DNA of 64,000 nucleotides from Candidatus Bipolaricaulota bacterium. GTDB taxonomy: Bacteria; Bipolaricaulota; Bipolaricaulia; UBA7950; UBA9294. Positions 15,879 to 24,597 of this stretch are shown here, in pieces. A program made the translations under genes and the position numbers. Every line of letters starts with the position of its first letter. The stretch's first letter is position 1. The notes under the pieces are model-generated. The model was not told the DNA's origin and did no database searches. It worked only from the letters and a program-made list of their open reading frames with translations. The stretch is taken from contig JBFMGK010000003.1 of assembly GCA_040752575.1 (NCBI GenBank), positions 115,794 through 179,793 of the forward strand, in the 5' to 3' direction.

Positions 15879-16429
15879 TCTTTCTCTATGCCATCGCAGT
15901 GGGCATCACTTTCGGGTACCTTGCCGGCGGCCGCCTTCGCGGACTGGCCCTCCTACCGCTTCGCGCGTCCTGGCTCGTCCTTGTGGCTCTGGGAATCCAG
16001 TTTCTGATCTTCCCGCTGTTCGCACCCCAGCCCTTGTTCCCGTATGCGACAACTCCGCTTCACGGTCTCTCGTATGCCTTGGCGGTGGCCTGGTTGATTG
16101 TGAATCGCCGGCAATTCCCGCTGCTCGTCGTTGGACTTGGCGCCGGGCTGAATGGGTTGGCCGTCCTTGCCAACCAAGGACACATGCCCTCGTCGCCGCA
16201 CGCGCTCGAACGCGCGGGCCTCGCCACGACGGCGCGCGTCCTGGCGGATACGGGAACGTACGGAAACCTTGTTGAGATGGGGGCTGCAACGCGCCTCAAC
16301 TGGCTGGGCGATCGATTCGCCCTGCCGAGCGGGTGGCCCTTCGCCACGGCCTTTAGCGTGGGAGACCTTCTGATCGGCGTCGGACTGGCATGGCTCATCG
16401 CGCGAGGCATGAGGCGATATGGGCGGTGA
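15875..16429 (+). CDS. DUF5317-like membrane protein
   Basis: GGRLRGLA, GAGLN..AVLANQGHMP and LNWLGDRF......FSVGDLLI motifs; ATGA overlap with the HD-GYP gene. Family assigned from recalled motifs, not from a search. Confidence 0.8.
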   Translation: MIFLYAIAVGITFGYLAGGRLRGLALLPLRASWLVLVALGIQFLIFPLFAPQPLFPYATTPLHGLSYALAVAWLIVNRRQFPLLVVGLGAGLNGLAVLANQGHMPSSPHALERAGLATTARVLADTGTYGNLVEMGAATRLNWLGDRFALPSGWPFATAFSVGDLLIGVGLAWLIARGMRRYGR

Positions 16430-18554
16430 ACTCTCGTCTCTGTTGGCCCCCTACGGCGTTGCCGTTGTGGGCGCGGGCCCCGCTTCAGGATCTGTCGGCG
16501 GGGAGATCCTGCGTAACCTGGTGCGCTGCGGCCACAGCGGACCTCTCTACGCGGTGAACCCGAAGTACGACGAGGTCGCCGGAGTACCCTGCATGCCGTC
16601 AGTCGACAGGCTGCCTGACTTCGTGGACCTTGCCATCCTTGCCGTCCCGCGCGACGCCGTCCTCCGCATCGTAGACGCGTGCGGAGGCAGGGGAATCAGA
16701 AACCTGATCATCGTGACGGCAGGGTTCAAGGAGAGCGGCCGCGAGGGCGCCGAGCTTGAAGACGCTCTTCGGCACCTCATCGCCCGTCACCGCCTGCGCG
16801 TCATCGGGCCTAATTGCATGGGGATCCTGCGCCGCACGGGGGAAGTGCAGCTCAACGCTTCGTTCTCCCGCTGGTTCCCCGAGGGAGGCAACATCGCATT
16901 CATCTCGCAGAGCGGGTCGCTGGGCGAGACGCTCCTCGAGTGTTTCGCCGAGGCCGGTCTGGGCGTTTCGCTCTTCGTCAACCTTGGAAACCGCGCCGGT
17001 CTCACCGAAGACGACTTCCTTGCCGAACTCGCTGACGACCCATCGTGCGGTGCCGTGTTCCTGTACTTGGAGAGCTTTGCCAACCCGGCGGCGTTCCGCC
17101 GCCTCGTCGAAGACATGGCTCCCCGCAAACCCGTGGTCGTCCTCAAGGCCGGGCGCACCGAAGCGGGCGCGGCAGCCGTTGCGTCGCACACAGGATCGTT
17201 GGCGAGTTCAGATGCGATCGTCGACGCCTTTCTTCGCCAGTCGGGCGCGCTGCGTGTGACGACTGTTCAGGAGACCCTGACGGCACTTCGTGCATTGGAG
17301 CGGCGCGTGCTCCCGAAGGGGCGCCGGACGCTCGTCCTCACGAACGCCGGCGGTGCAGGCATCCTTGCCGCGGACGCCTGCGAACGTGCCGGCCTCGACG
17401 TCCCGCGGCTCTCCGAGGACGTGCAAGACGCGTTGCGCAGCGTCCTTGTTCCCGAGGCAGGAACTGGAAACCCGGTGGACCTGCTGGCGACGGCGGGAGC
17501 CCGGGCGTACGAAGCGGCGATCGACATCGGGCTGCGCGAAGCGGACGCGGCGGTCGTCATCTTCCGCCCACCCCTCGTTCTGCCCGATCCGCCCGTGGCG
17601 GTGGCCGACGCGGTGATCTCAGCGGCTTCTCGGTGGCCTGACAAGCCTGTTGTCGTGAGCACTCTGAGCGAGCAATCTACCGAGATCACAGAACGATTCC
17701 ACGCCGCTCGGCTCCCGGTCTTTGCGATGCCCGAGACGGCCGTCGAAGCGCTGTCTGTCCTCGCTCGCGCCTCGCTCGTTCAGAAGCGACAGACCGAAGA
17801 CGTACCGGTCTCCTACTCCGTGGCAACCGCGCAGCGCGTCATCCGCGATGCTCGGCGGGAAACCCGCATCGGGCTGACGTTCTCCGAAGGAGCCACCCTG
17901 TTGTCGGCGTATGGGATCGGTGTCTGCGCGAGTCGGTACGTGGGGGCCGCCGAGGACCTACGTGCGGCGGTCGCCGGGATGCGGTTTCCCCTGGCGGCGA
18001 AGCTGGACTCGCCTCAACTCCTGCACCGAGTCGAGGAGAACGCGGTCGCGCTCGATCTGAAGGATCCGGGAGACGTAAAGCGAGCCGTGGAACGTCTTCT
18101 TCGCTCTCCGGTTGCGGCGGCGCTGCCCGACGCCCGTGTGCTCGTGCAGGAGATGCAGCGGGGGCGAGAACTCATCCTTGGCGTGAAGCGCGACGGAGCC
18201 TTCGGACCGGTCGTCATGTTCGGCATCGGGGGAACCTACGTTGAGGCCTTCCACGACGTTGCGTTCGCCGTGGCGCCGCTCACCCAACGCGATGCGATCT
18301 CCATGGTGAGCTCGATCCGCGCGGCGCGGCTGCTGGGGGCGTTCCGCGGCCAGCCGGCCGTCGATCTTGGCGCCCTTACCCGGGCACTCGTCGCTCTCGG
18401 CCAACTGGCGCTCGACGTTCGCGACATCGAGGAGATCGACGTCAATCCTCTGTTCGCTGATGCCGAGAACCTGACTGCCGTGGACGTGCTGGTGAGGCTT
18501 TCATCGCCCGTACCTAGGGATAGAGGCGGTGAATCTGCCGCGGAAACGGAATGA
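16419..18554 (+). CDS. Acetate--CoA ligase family protein (ADP-forming acyl-CoA synthetase, alpha-beta fusion)
   Basis: AVVGA..VNP, GFKE, RVIGPNCMG, SQSG, LKAGRT..GAAAVASHTGSLA (phospho-His), NAGG, NPVD and a C-terminal ATP-grasp (FGPVVMFGIGG, EIDVNP). Confidence 0.92.
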   Translation: MGGELSSLLAPYGVAVVGAGPASGSVGGEILRNLVRCGHSGPLYAVNPKYDEVAGVPCMPSVDRLPDFVDLAILAVPRDAVLRIVDACGGRGIRNLIIVTAGFKESGREGAELEDALRHLIARHRLRVIGPNCMGILRRTGEVQLNASFSRWFPEGGNIAFISQSGSLGETLLECFAEAGLGVSLFVNLGNRAGLTEDDFLAELADDPSCGAVFLYLESFANPAAFRRLVEDMAPRKPVVVLKAGRTEAGAAAVASHTGSLASSDAIVDAFLRQSGALRVTTVQETLTALRALERRVLPKGRRTLVLTNAGGAGILAADACERAGLDVPRLSEDVQDALRSVLVPEAGTGNPVDLLATAGARAYEAAIDIGLREADAAVVIFRPPLVLPDPPVAVADAVISAASRWPDKPVVVSTLSEQSTEITERFHAARLPVFAMPETAVEALSVLARASLVQKRQTEDVPVSYSVATAQRVIRDARRETRIGLTFSEGATLLSAYGIGVCASRYVGAAEDLRAAVAGMRFPLAAKLDSPQLLHRVEENAVALDLKDPGDVKRAVERLLRSPVAAALPDARVLVQEMQRGRELILGVKRDGAFGPVVMFGIGGTYVEAFHDVAFAVAPLTQRDAISMVSSIRAARLLGAFRGQPAVDLGALTRALVALGQLALDVRDIEEIDVNPLFADAENLTAVDVLVRLSSPVPRDRGGESAAETE

Positions 18555-19809
18555 CCTCGCGGATGTGCCCGACGCCGCAGATCCATGTGATGACCCGTTC
18601 AAGTCCCATGCCGAATCCAGCGTGGGGAACCGACCCGAAGCGGCGCAGATCGATATACCATTCGTACGCGGCGCGCGGGAGGCGATTCTCCTCGAGCTGC
18701 GCAATCAACTCGTCCTCGCGGTCAACGCGCTGACTGCCCCCGATGATCTCGCCGTATCCGTCCGGAGCGATGAGATCGGCAGCGAGGACGCGTGATGGGT
18801 CTGCGGGATCTCGCTTCATGTAGAACGGCTTCATTCCGACGGGGAATCGCTCCACGAACACGGGGCGCCCAAAGTGGCCGCCCAGAGTCTCCTCTTCGGG
18901 AGCCCCAAAGTCGTCGCCGAAGGTCACGGCATGTCCTCGGTCGGCCAGCAACTGGATCGCATCTCCGTAGTCGATCCGCGCAAACGGCTGACGCACCGAC
19001 GCAAGGAGCGCTTCCACGTCTCGGTCGAGCGCCGCGAGGTCCTCCGCCCGCTCGGCGACAACCGTCTCGACGAGGAAACGCACGAGGTCTTCCTGCAGGG
19101 CTAGGTTGGCTTCATGATCGGCGAAGGCCATCTCTGCTTCGGCAATCCAGAACTCCGTCACATGCTTGCGCGTCTTGGACTTCTCGGCGCGAAACGCGGG
19201 GCCGATCCAGTACACCTTTCCGAGGGCCATCGCTGTCGCTTCAAGGTACAGCTGGCCGCTCTGACTGAGATACGCCGGCTCGCCGAAGTAGTCGAGCTCG
19301 AAGAGCGTGGTCGTTCCCTCGACAGAGGCCCCGGTTAGGATGGGCGCCTCCGTGGCCACAAAGTCCCGCTGGTGAAAGAACTCGCGGAACGCCCGGAAGG
19401 CGGCGTCGCGGACGCGCAGGATGGGAACCTGTCTTCCCGTACGGATCCAGAGGTGCCGATGGTCGAGGAGGAAACCTGGCGTCTGCTCCTTGAGTTCGAT
19501 CGGGAAGTCGGCCGTTGGCTCGTGGACGACCTCCACGGACCGAAGCTGCATCTCGCAACCGCTGGGGGCGCGACGTTCCTCGCGCAGGCGTCCCGAGATG
19601 AGCAAGGACGTCTCACGAGCGAGGCGGCTGACCTTCGCAAACAGCGCCGAGTCGTCGCTCTCCGAGAGAACGGCCTGCAGAGTTCCCGTTCCATCGCGCA
19701 GCTGGAGAAACACGATCTTCCCGCTCGACCGCTTGTTGTACATCCAGCCCCGGAGCGTCACGTCTTCGCCGGCGTGGTCACGCGCTTCGGAGATCGAGAT
19801 GGTCGTCAT
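18514..19809 (-). CDS. asnS: Asparagine--tRNA ligase
   Basis: LRGW..NKRSSGKIVFLQLRDGTG, YLSQSGQLYLE, FRAEKSKTRKHVTEFW, GEIIGGSQR and PHAGFGMGLER. Confidence 0.95.
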   Translation of the reverse strand: MTTISISEARDHAGEDVTLRGWMYNKRSSGKIVFLQLRDGTGTLQAVLSESDDSALFAKVSRLARETSLLISGRLREERRAPSGCEMQLRSVEVVHEPTADFPIELKEQTPGFLLDHRHLWIRTGRQVPILRVRDAAFRAFREFFHQRDFVATEAPILTGASVEGTTTLFELDYFGEPAYLSQSGQLYLEATAMALGKVYWIGPAFRAEKSKTRKHVTEFWIAEAEMAFADHEANLALQEDLVRFLVETVVAERAEDLAALDRDVEALLASVRQPFARIDYGDAIQLLADRGHAVTFGDDFGAPEEETLGGHFGRPVFVERFPVGMKPFYMKRDPADPSRVLAADLIAPDGYGEIIGGSQRVDREDELIAQLEENRLPRAAYEWYIDLRRFGSVPHAGFGMGLERVITWICGVGHIREVIPFPRQIHRLYP

Positions 19810-19873
19810 GGTTCCTCCCTGCCGCTCGGCCGGAGAGGGTAGGAAACGCGAGGTGCGAATGCAAGCTGCATCC

Positions 19874-21277
19874 TCAGGAGATGTCCGTCGATGTGGCGGG
19901 CTCGACCTCGCGGATCACCCGTCGGGTCCAGTTTCCCGACAGGAAGAACGCGAGTGCGATGGCCGCCGTGCCGAAGTTTGATGCGAGCATGGCCCACCAG
20001 ACCGCGAACGGTCCCATGTGCAGCGCGAACTCCAGGACGTAGACCAGGGGGACTCGCAACGCCCAAAGCCGGAACAAATCGAAGAACATCGAATGTCCCG
20101 TGCGGCCTGCCCCTTGGTACACGCCCATGATGACCTGGATCACACCCATGAACGGAAACGCGAAGGCCACGAGGAGGAGCATGTCCTGCCCCACGGCGAT
20201 CACTTCGAGGTCGGACACGAAGACGCGCATGAGCGATGTGCGCAGCGCGAGGACGAACCCAGCGGCAACCACAAGGATTGCCGAAGACCATGCCATTCCC
20301 GCCCATGCCGATCGACGAGCCCGTTGGGGCTTCCCCGCTCCGAGGTTCTGTCCGACCATCGTTGCGGTGGCCTGACCGAGTCCCATGGCGGGCATCAACG
20401 CAAACGAGATGAACGCGTTCCCGATGCCGAACGCACTCAACACGACGGTGCCGATGCGCGCCAGCGCTCCGTTCATGATCGCAAAGCCTAGAGCCGTTCC
20501 CGACTGGCCGATGGACGCGAGGCCTCCGATCGATACGATGCGACGCACGAGCGGCCACCGGAGCCGGAGGTCGGTACGATGGATGTGGACGCCGACGCGA
20601 CCCGAGAAGAGAAGCGCGTAACCGACGATACACATGCTCGTGCGCGCGATGACCGTGGCCAAGGCCGCGCCGGCCACCCCCCAGCGAGGGAACGGCCCCG
20701 GGCCGAAGATCAGAAGAGGGTCTAGGGCTGCATTGAGCGCGACCGATCCTGCCATGAGCCACAGTGGAGTCACCGTGTCTCCGACGCCGTTGAGAAGAGC
20801 CGTCACGACGAACGTGCCGAACATCGCAGGCAGCCCGGCGTAGAGGATCCGCAGATAGATCGAAGCAGCGTCCGTGAGAGCCGGCTCGGCGCCCATCAAG
20901 GCCAAGAGGGGGCGCGCCGCGAAGAACCCCGCCGCAGCGAGGATCACGGACAGAAAGGCGGTGAACGCCATCGTCTGACCTGCAAAGAGGTTGGCGTCTT
21001 CGTGACGGCCAGCCCCCGTGTACTGCGCTACCAGGGCGGTTCCGGCGATCGTCATCCCCCCGCCAACCGAGAGGACAAGAAACACGAGGGGCCATGACAG
21101 AGCGAGTGCTGCGATCCCCACGGCGCTGAAGCGGGCAAGCCAGAAACGATCGGTGAAATTGTACAGGGTTTGCAGAAGGTTCGACAGCATGATCGGCCAC
21201 GCCAGGCGCAAGAGCGAAGGCGAGATGGGGCCTTCGGTGAGCCGGCGGCGCAAGGCGTCGGGAATCTCCCTGGGCAT
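19874..21277 (-). CDS. MATE family efflux transporter
   Basis: LTEGPI..LLRLAWP, AQYTGA, GDTVTP, LDPLLIFG..GVAGAALAT and GQNLGA motifs. Confidence 0.95.
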   Translation of the reverse strand: MPREIPDALRRRLTEGPISPSLLRLAWPIMLSNLLQTLYNFTDRFWLARFSAVGIAALALSWPLVFLVLSVGGGMTIAGTALVAQYTGAGRHEDANLFAGQTMAFTAFLSVILAAAGFFAARPLLALMGAEPALTDAASIYLRILYAGLPAMFGTFVVTALLNGVGDTVTPLWLMAGSVALNAALDPLLIFGPGPFPRWGVAGAALATVIARTSMCIVGYALLFSGRVGVHIHRTDLRLRWPLVRRIVSIGGLASIGQSGTALGFAIMNGALARIGTVVLSAFGIGNAFISFALMPAMGLGQATATMVGQNLGAGKPQRARRSAWAGMAWSSAILVVAAGFVLALRTSLMRVFVSDLEVIAVGQDMLLLVAFAFPFMGVIQVIMGVYQGAGRTGHSMFFDLFRLWALRVPLVYVLEFALHMGPFAVWWAMLASNFGTAAIALAFFLSGNWTRRVIREVEPATSTDIS

Positions 21278-21328
21278 GGCGCCAGTTTACCGCGGATGCC
21301 GTTCTCTCTCCGTCCGACGTGCGCTGGC

Positions 21329-21358
21329 GTTGACAAATGTCAACACATGACTTAGGCT
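21329..21358 (+). promoter_or_regulatory. Promoter with palindromic operator
   Basis: GTTGACA-AA-TGTCAAC perfect inverted repeat (21329-21344) overlapping the -35 TTGACA, with -10 TAGGCT at 17 nt spacing. Confidence 0.75.
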
Positions 21359-21368
21359 TCCCTACGCG

Positions 21369-22061
21369 ATGGAAAAGAGAACGTTCGGCGACATTCTGCG
21401 CGAGAACCGGCTGCGCAAAGGGGTCAGCCTGCGTCAGCTCGCAGGGGCCACGGGAATCGACTACAGCCGCCTCTCGAGGATGGAAACGGGAACTCGACCG
21501 GCTCCCGATCTCACGGCGCTGCGCAAGTTGGCGAGAGCGCTGGACCTTGAACTCGCGGATCTCGTCGTCTCGGCGGGGACGGCCCGGGAGATTGTCGACG
21601 ATCTTCTGTGGAACGAACGCCTCCATGTAGGCGAAGCCCTGGCCGACGTAGCGGCCTACGAGCCCGGAGCTTCCCCGCTGGCGAAGAAGAACCGCTTCCG
21701 GGTCCAGGTGACTTCACGAAACGGGGCGCGATGTGTCATCCGCCTCGGCGGCGAGTCTCTCGTTGTCTTCTCGTTTTCCCGCGCGGTGATTCTCGACGTC
21801 GAGTTGCCTCCCCAGATGGCCTGTCTGTTTCGGGACGATCCCCGAGACGCGCTCGCTACCGCGGAGAACGTAATGCAGGGGAGCGTCAGAAAGGCGAGGC
21901 GTCTTGGGCAGTTGGTCAACACCGTCCTTGAGGTTCGAGGCGCATCGATCAACTCCTTGGAGTCCGTAACGTCGTTCGACGAACGAGGGCTGACGGTTGG
22001 GGAGCCAGCGTTCGTCTGGATCCCGGCGGCGGCGATTCGGACGCAGCCGGCAATTTCATAG
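21369..22061 (+). CDS. XRE-family HTH regulator with C-terminal TOBE-like domains
   Basis: FGDILRENR.RKGVSLRQLA..TGIDYSRLSRMETG. C-terminal KNRFRVQV and ENVMQGSV....GLTVGEPAFVWIPA resemble TOBE/Mop domains. Confidence 0.8.
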   Translation: MEKRTFGDILRENRLRKGVSLRQLAGATGIDYSRLSRMETGTRPAPDLTALRKLARALDLELADLVVSAGTAREIVDDLLWNERLHVGEALADVAAYEPGASPLAKKNRFRVQVTSRNGARCVIRLGGESLVVFSFSRAVILDVELPPQMACLFRDDPRDALATAENVMQGSVRKARRLGQLVNTVLEVRGASINSLESVTSFDERGLTVGEPAFVWIPAAAIRTQPAIS

Positions 22062-22071
22062 GAGGAAGGAC

Positions 22072-23553
22072 ATGCGTACGTTCGTCGTGATGGCAGGGGT
22101 CATCCTGGCGCTTGGGGTTGCGGCGACGGGGGCGACATCGTGGGTCGTCACCGTGGCCCATGGAGACCGTTCGGTCGAGGTGGACCTTCCGCTGACGGAG
22201 GCGTCGGTCGGAGGGACCGTCGCGTATCAAGGGCCGGTGATGACCCCCGGAGACGAGAACTGGAAGTCCGCGCGGTCGTACACGGGTATTCCCCTGACGG
22301 CGCTGCTGGCGAACGTCGGAGGGATGTCCGAAGGTGACGTCCTCTCGGTCATCGCGGGAGATGGTTACGAAAAGAAGCTCCCGTACGCGGCGATCTACGG
22401 CGAGACGCCTGCGGGAACGGCCATCCTTGGCATCGAGGTGGGCTCCGACGGTGACGACGCGCCGATCCTTGCGTTTCTTCCGCCCGACGGGCAGTTCTCC
22501 AACGACGACATGTTGGCCGCGTTGGGGGAGGAGTACGCGCACTACTTCGGGCAGGCTCCGTCGACGACCGGCCTGTTGGTGAAAGGCGTCGCCTACCTCA
22601 TCGTGAACTACGACGGCGGCGATCGACCGACGGCCTCCGAGGAAGCCGCGGTGGCGGCGGGGCCGGCGGAGGGCACCGTCCTGACCGTCGTGCGTGGCGG
22701 CGAGACGTTCGCGTATACGATGGCCGACCTGGAGATGCTGGAATCGTTGACCGCGCCCGGCACCTTCACGAACTCGGCGGGCGTCGACTACAGTGCAACC
22801 TACACGGGGATTCCCTTCTCCGCGCTGATCGGCGATGCGCCGGCTGACGCGACCGTTCGCGTCTACGCGGCGGACGGCTACTCCATGAACTACCCGGCGA
22901 GCCAGCTCATGGATTCGACGGAGGGCACGTGGGTCGTCGCCTACCAGGTCAACGGTTGGTACATGCCCCTGGATCCCGGCTATCTGCGAATCGTCCAGAT
23001 CGGCGACGCCAATCCCCACTTCACAAGCTCGCTCTCCGCACGCATGGTGAAGCGGATCGAGGTGCTCGGCGAGTACACTTCGTACGCGCTGACGCTCGTT
23101 GGAGAGACGACGCGCACCTTCAGCCGCGGCGAACTCGAGGCGGGAATCGGCTGCCCGTGCCACACCGCGACGGTGACGGTGACGTCGAAGGGCGAGACGG
23201 CGACCTACTCTGGGCTTCCTCTGTGGCGGCTCTTGGCCTATGTCGACGGGGGCACGGCACCCGCCGACGACGAAGGCATCCACTACAACGATGAGGACTT
23301 CGATGCGACAAGAGCCGGCGCCGGCTACACGATCACGCTCCAAGCCGAGGACGGCTACGCGCAGACGGTCTCCTCGGCCGTTGTCGCGGGCGATGATCGG
23401 TTCCTCGTCGCGTTCAAGAAGAACGGCGCCTTCCTGGATGCGTCGAGCGATGGAGCCATGCGCTTCGTCTTCGACGATTCGGTCGTGCTTCCTGAAGGGA
23501 AGAGCCTCAAGTCGGTGAAGTTCCTGACGACGATCCTCCTCACCCTCGAGTAG
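22072..23553 (+). CDS. Secreted protein with three molybdopterin-oxidoreductase-like domains
   Basis: Signal peptide and three YxGxP(L/F)..L(L/I)...ADGY-like units. SD AGGAGG. Confidence 0.75.
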   Translation: MRTFVVMAGVILALGVAATGATSWVVTVAHGDRSVEVDLPLTEASVGGTVAYQGPVMTPGDENWKSARSYTGIPLTALLANVGGMSEGDVLSVIAGDGYEKKLPYAAIYGETPAGTAILGIEVGSDGDDAPILAFLPPDGQFSNDDMLAALGEEYAHYFGQAPSTTGLLVKGVAYLIVNYDGGDRPTASEEAAVAAGPAEGTVLTVVRGGETFAYTMADLEMLESLTAPGTFTNSAGVDYSATYTGIPFSALIGDAPADATVRVYAADGYSMNYPASQLMDSTEGTWVVAYQVNGWYMPLDPGYLRIVQIGDANPHFTSSLSARMVKRIEVLGEYTSYALTLVGETTRTFSRGELEAGIGCPCHTATVTVTSKGETATYSGLPLWRLLAYVDGGTAPADDEGIHYNDEDFDATRAGAGYTITLQAEDGYAQTVSSAVVAGDDRFLVAFKKNGAFLDASSDGAMRFVFDDSVVLPEGKSLKSVKFLTTILLTLE

Positions 23554-23559
23554 GGCAGC

Positions 23560-24597
23560 GTGAACGCTGTGCGTGGAGAGGGGCGCGGCCGCTTGGAGAT
23601 CCGCGATCTGGTTCTCATTGCGCTCCTCTCCGCGGCCGGCGGGGTCCTATCGACCTACATCGGCTATCTCGGGAATCTTGTGAACCGCATGTTCGGCGTC
23701 CCGTTCGGCGCCGGGCAGATCATCGCGGGGTTCCACGTGATCTGGCCGCTGCTTGCCCGAGCGCTCGTAGGGCGTTTCGGATCCGGAACCCTGACCGGTT
23801 TGACCAAAGGGGCCGTGGAGCTGTTCACCGGCGGAACGCATGGCGCGGTCATCGTTTTCATCTCCGCGATCGAAGGGCTGTTCGTCGACGTCGGGCTGTC
23901 CGTGACCCGCCGCCGTTCGCTTCCAACCACAATGCTCGCGGGTGCGCTGGCCAGCGCATCGAACGTTGTCGTGTTCCAGGCGATCTACTTCTCCGGCGTA
24001 GCGCTGGGTTTCCTGGGTACGATGGTCGGTCTGGCCCTCGTCTCGGGCGCCGTGTTTGGGGGGTATCTGGCTTGGGATCTCGAGACCCTGTTGGTTCGGT
24101 CGCGAGTTGTGGCGGCGAAGCCGAGCGAGCCGCGCAGCCTGAGCCCATGGCGTCGCGGGGCCGTGCTGCTGCTGGTCGGCGCCTTCCTCGCCGGGGCCGT
24201 CGGATTCTACGTGTTGGTGTTCGACCCGTTCTCCTCGCCGGGGACGGCGGAGGTGCAGGGCGCCGTTGAGGTCACGGATCCGTTCTTCTACAGCGAAGAT
24301 GCCTGGACGGAGCGGACGGTGAATGCCGAGCTGCGCGGAAGCGCAACTTACGTCCCGCCAGCCAACTACACGGGGATCCCCCTCCAAGCGATCCTCGCGC
24401 GTGCTTCACCTCGGGATGAGGCGACGCGCCTACGCGTCGTTGCCTTCGACGGGTACGAGGCTGAGTTTGTCCTGGCCGACGTTCTTGACGATCCGAACCT
24501 CCTCCTCACGTTCGACGGCGAAGCCCTGCGGCTTGTCGCCCCAGGGTACGATGGCGCGTATTGGGTTCGGCAGGTGGTTCGACTTGTCGTGGAGTAG
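23560..24597 (+). CDS. ECF transporter S component fused to a molybdopterin-oxidoreductase-like domain
   Basis: RDLVLIALLSA..G..RALVGRFGSGTLTG..E S-component pattern. C-terminal YTGIPLQAIL...VVAFDGY...WVRQVVRLVV. Confidence 0.8.
   Translation: MNAVRGEGRGRLEIRDLVLIALLSAAGGVLSTYIGYLGNLVNRMFGVPFGAGQIIAGFHVIWPLLARALVGRFGSGTLTGLTKGAVELFTGGTHGAVIVFISAIEGLFVDVGLSVTRRRSLPTTMLAGALASASNVVVFQAIYFSGVALGFLGTMVGLALVSGAVFGGYLAWDLETLLVRSRVVAAKPSEPRSLSPWRRGAVLLLVGAFLAGAVGFYVLVFDPFSSPGTAEVQGAVEVTDPFFYSEDAWTERTVNAELRGSATYVPPANYTGIPLQAILARASPRDEATRLRVVAFDGYEAEFVLADVLDDPNLLLTFDGEALRLVAPGYDGAYWVRQVVRLVVE

Noticed and set aside
19806..21626. 606-aa minus-strand ORF and many other long overlapping ORFs in the track
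   Set aside because: They are Arg/Pro/Ala-rich alternative-frame shadows typical of high-GC DNA and overlap well-supported genes (here MATE).
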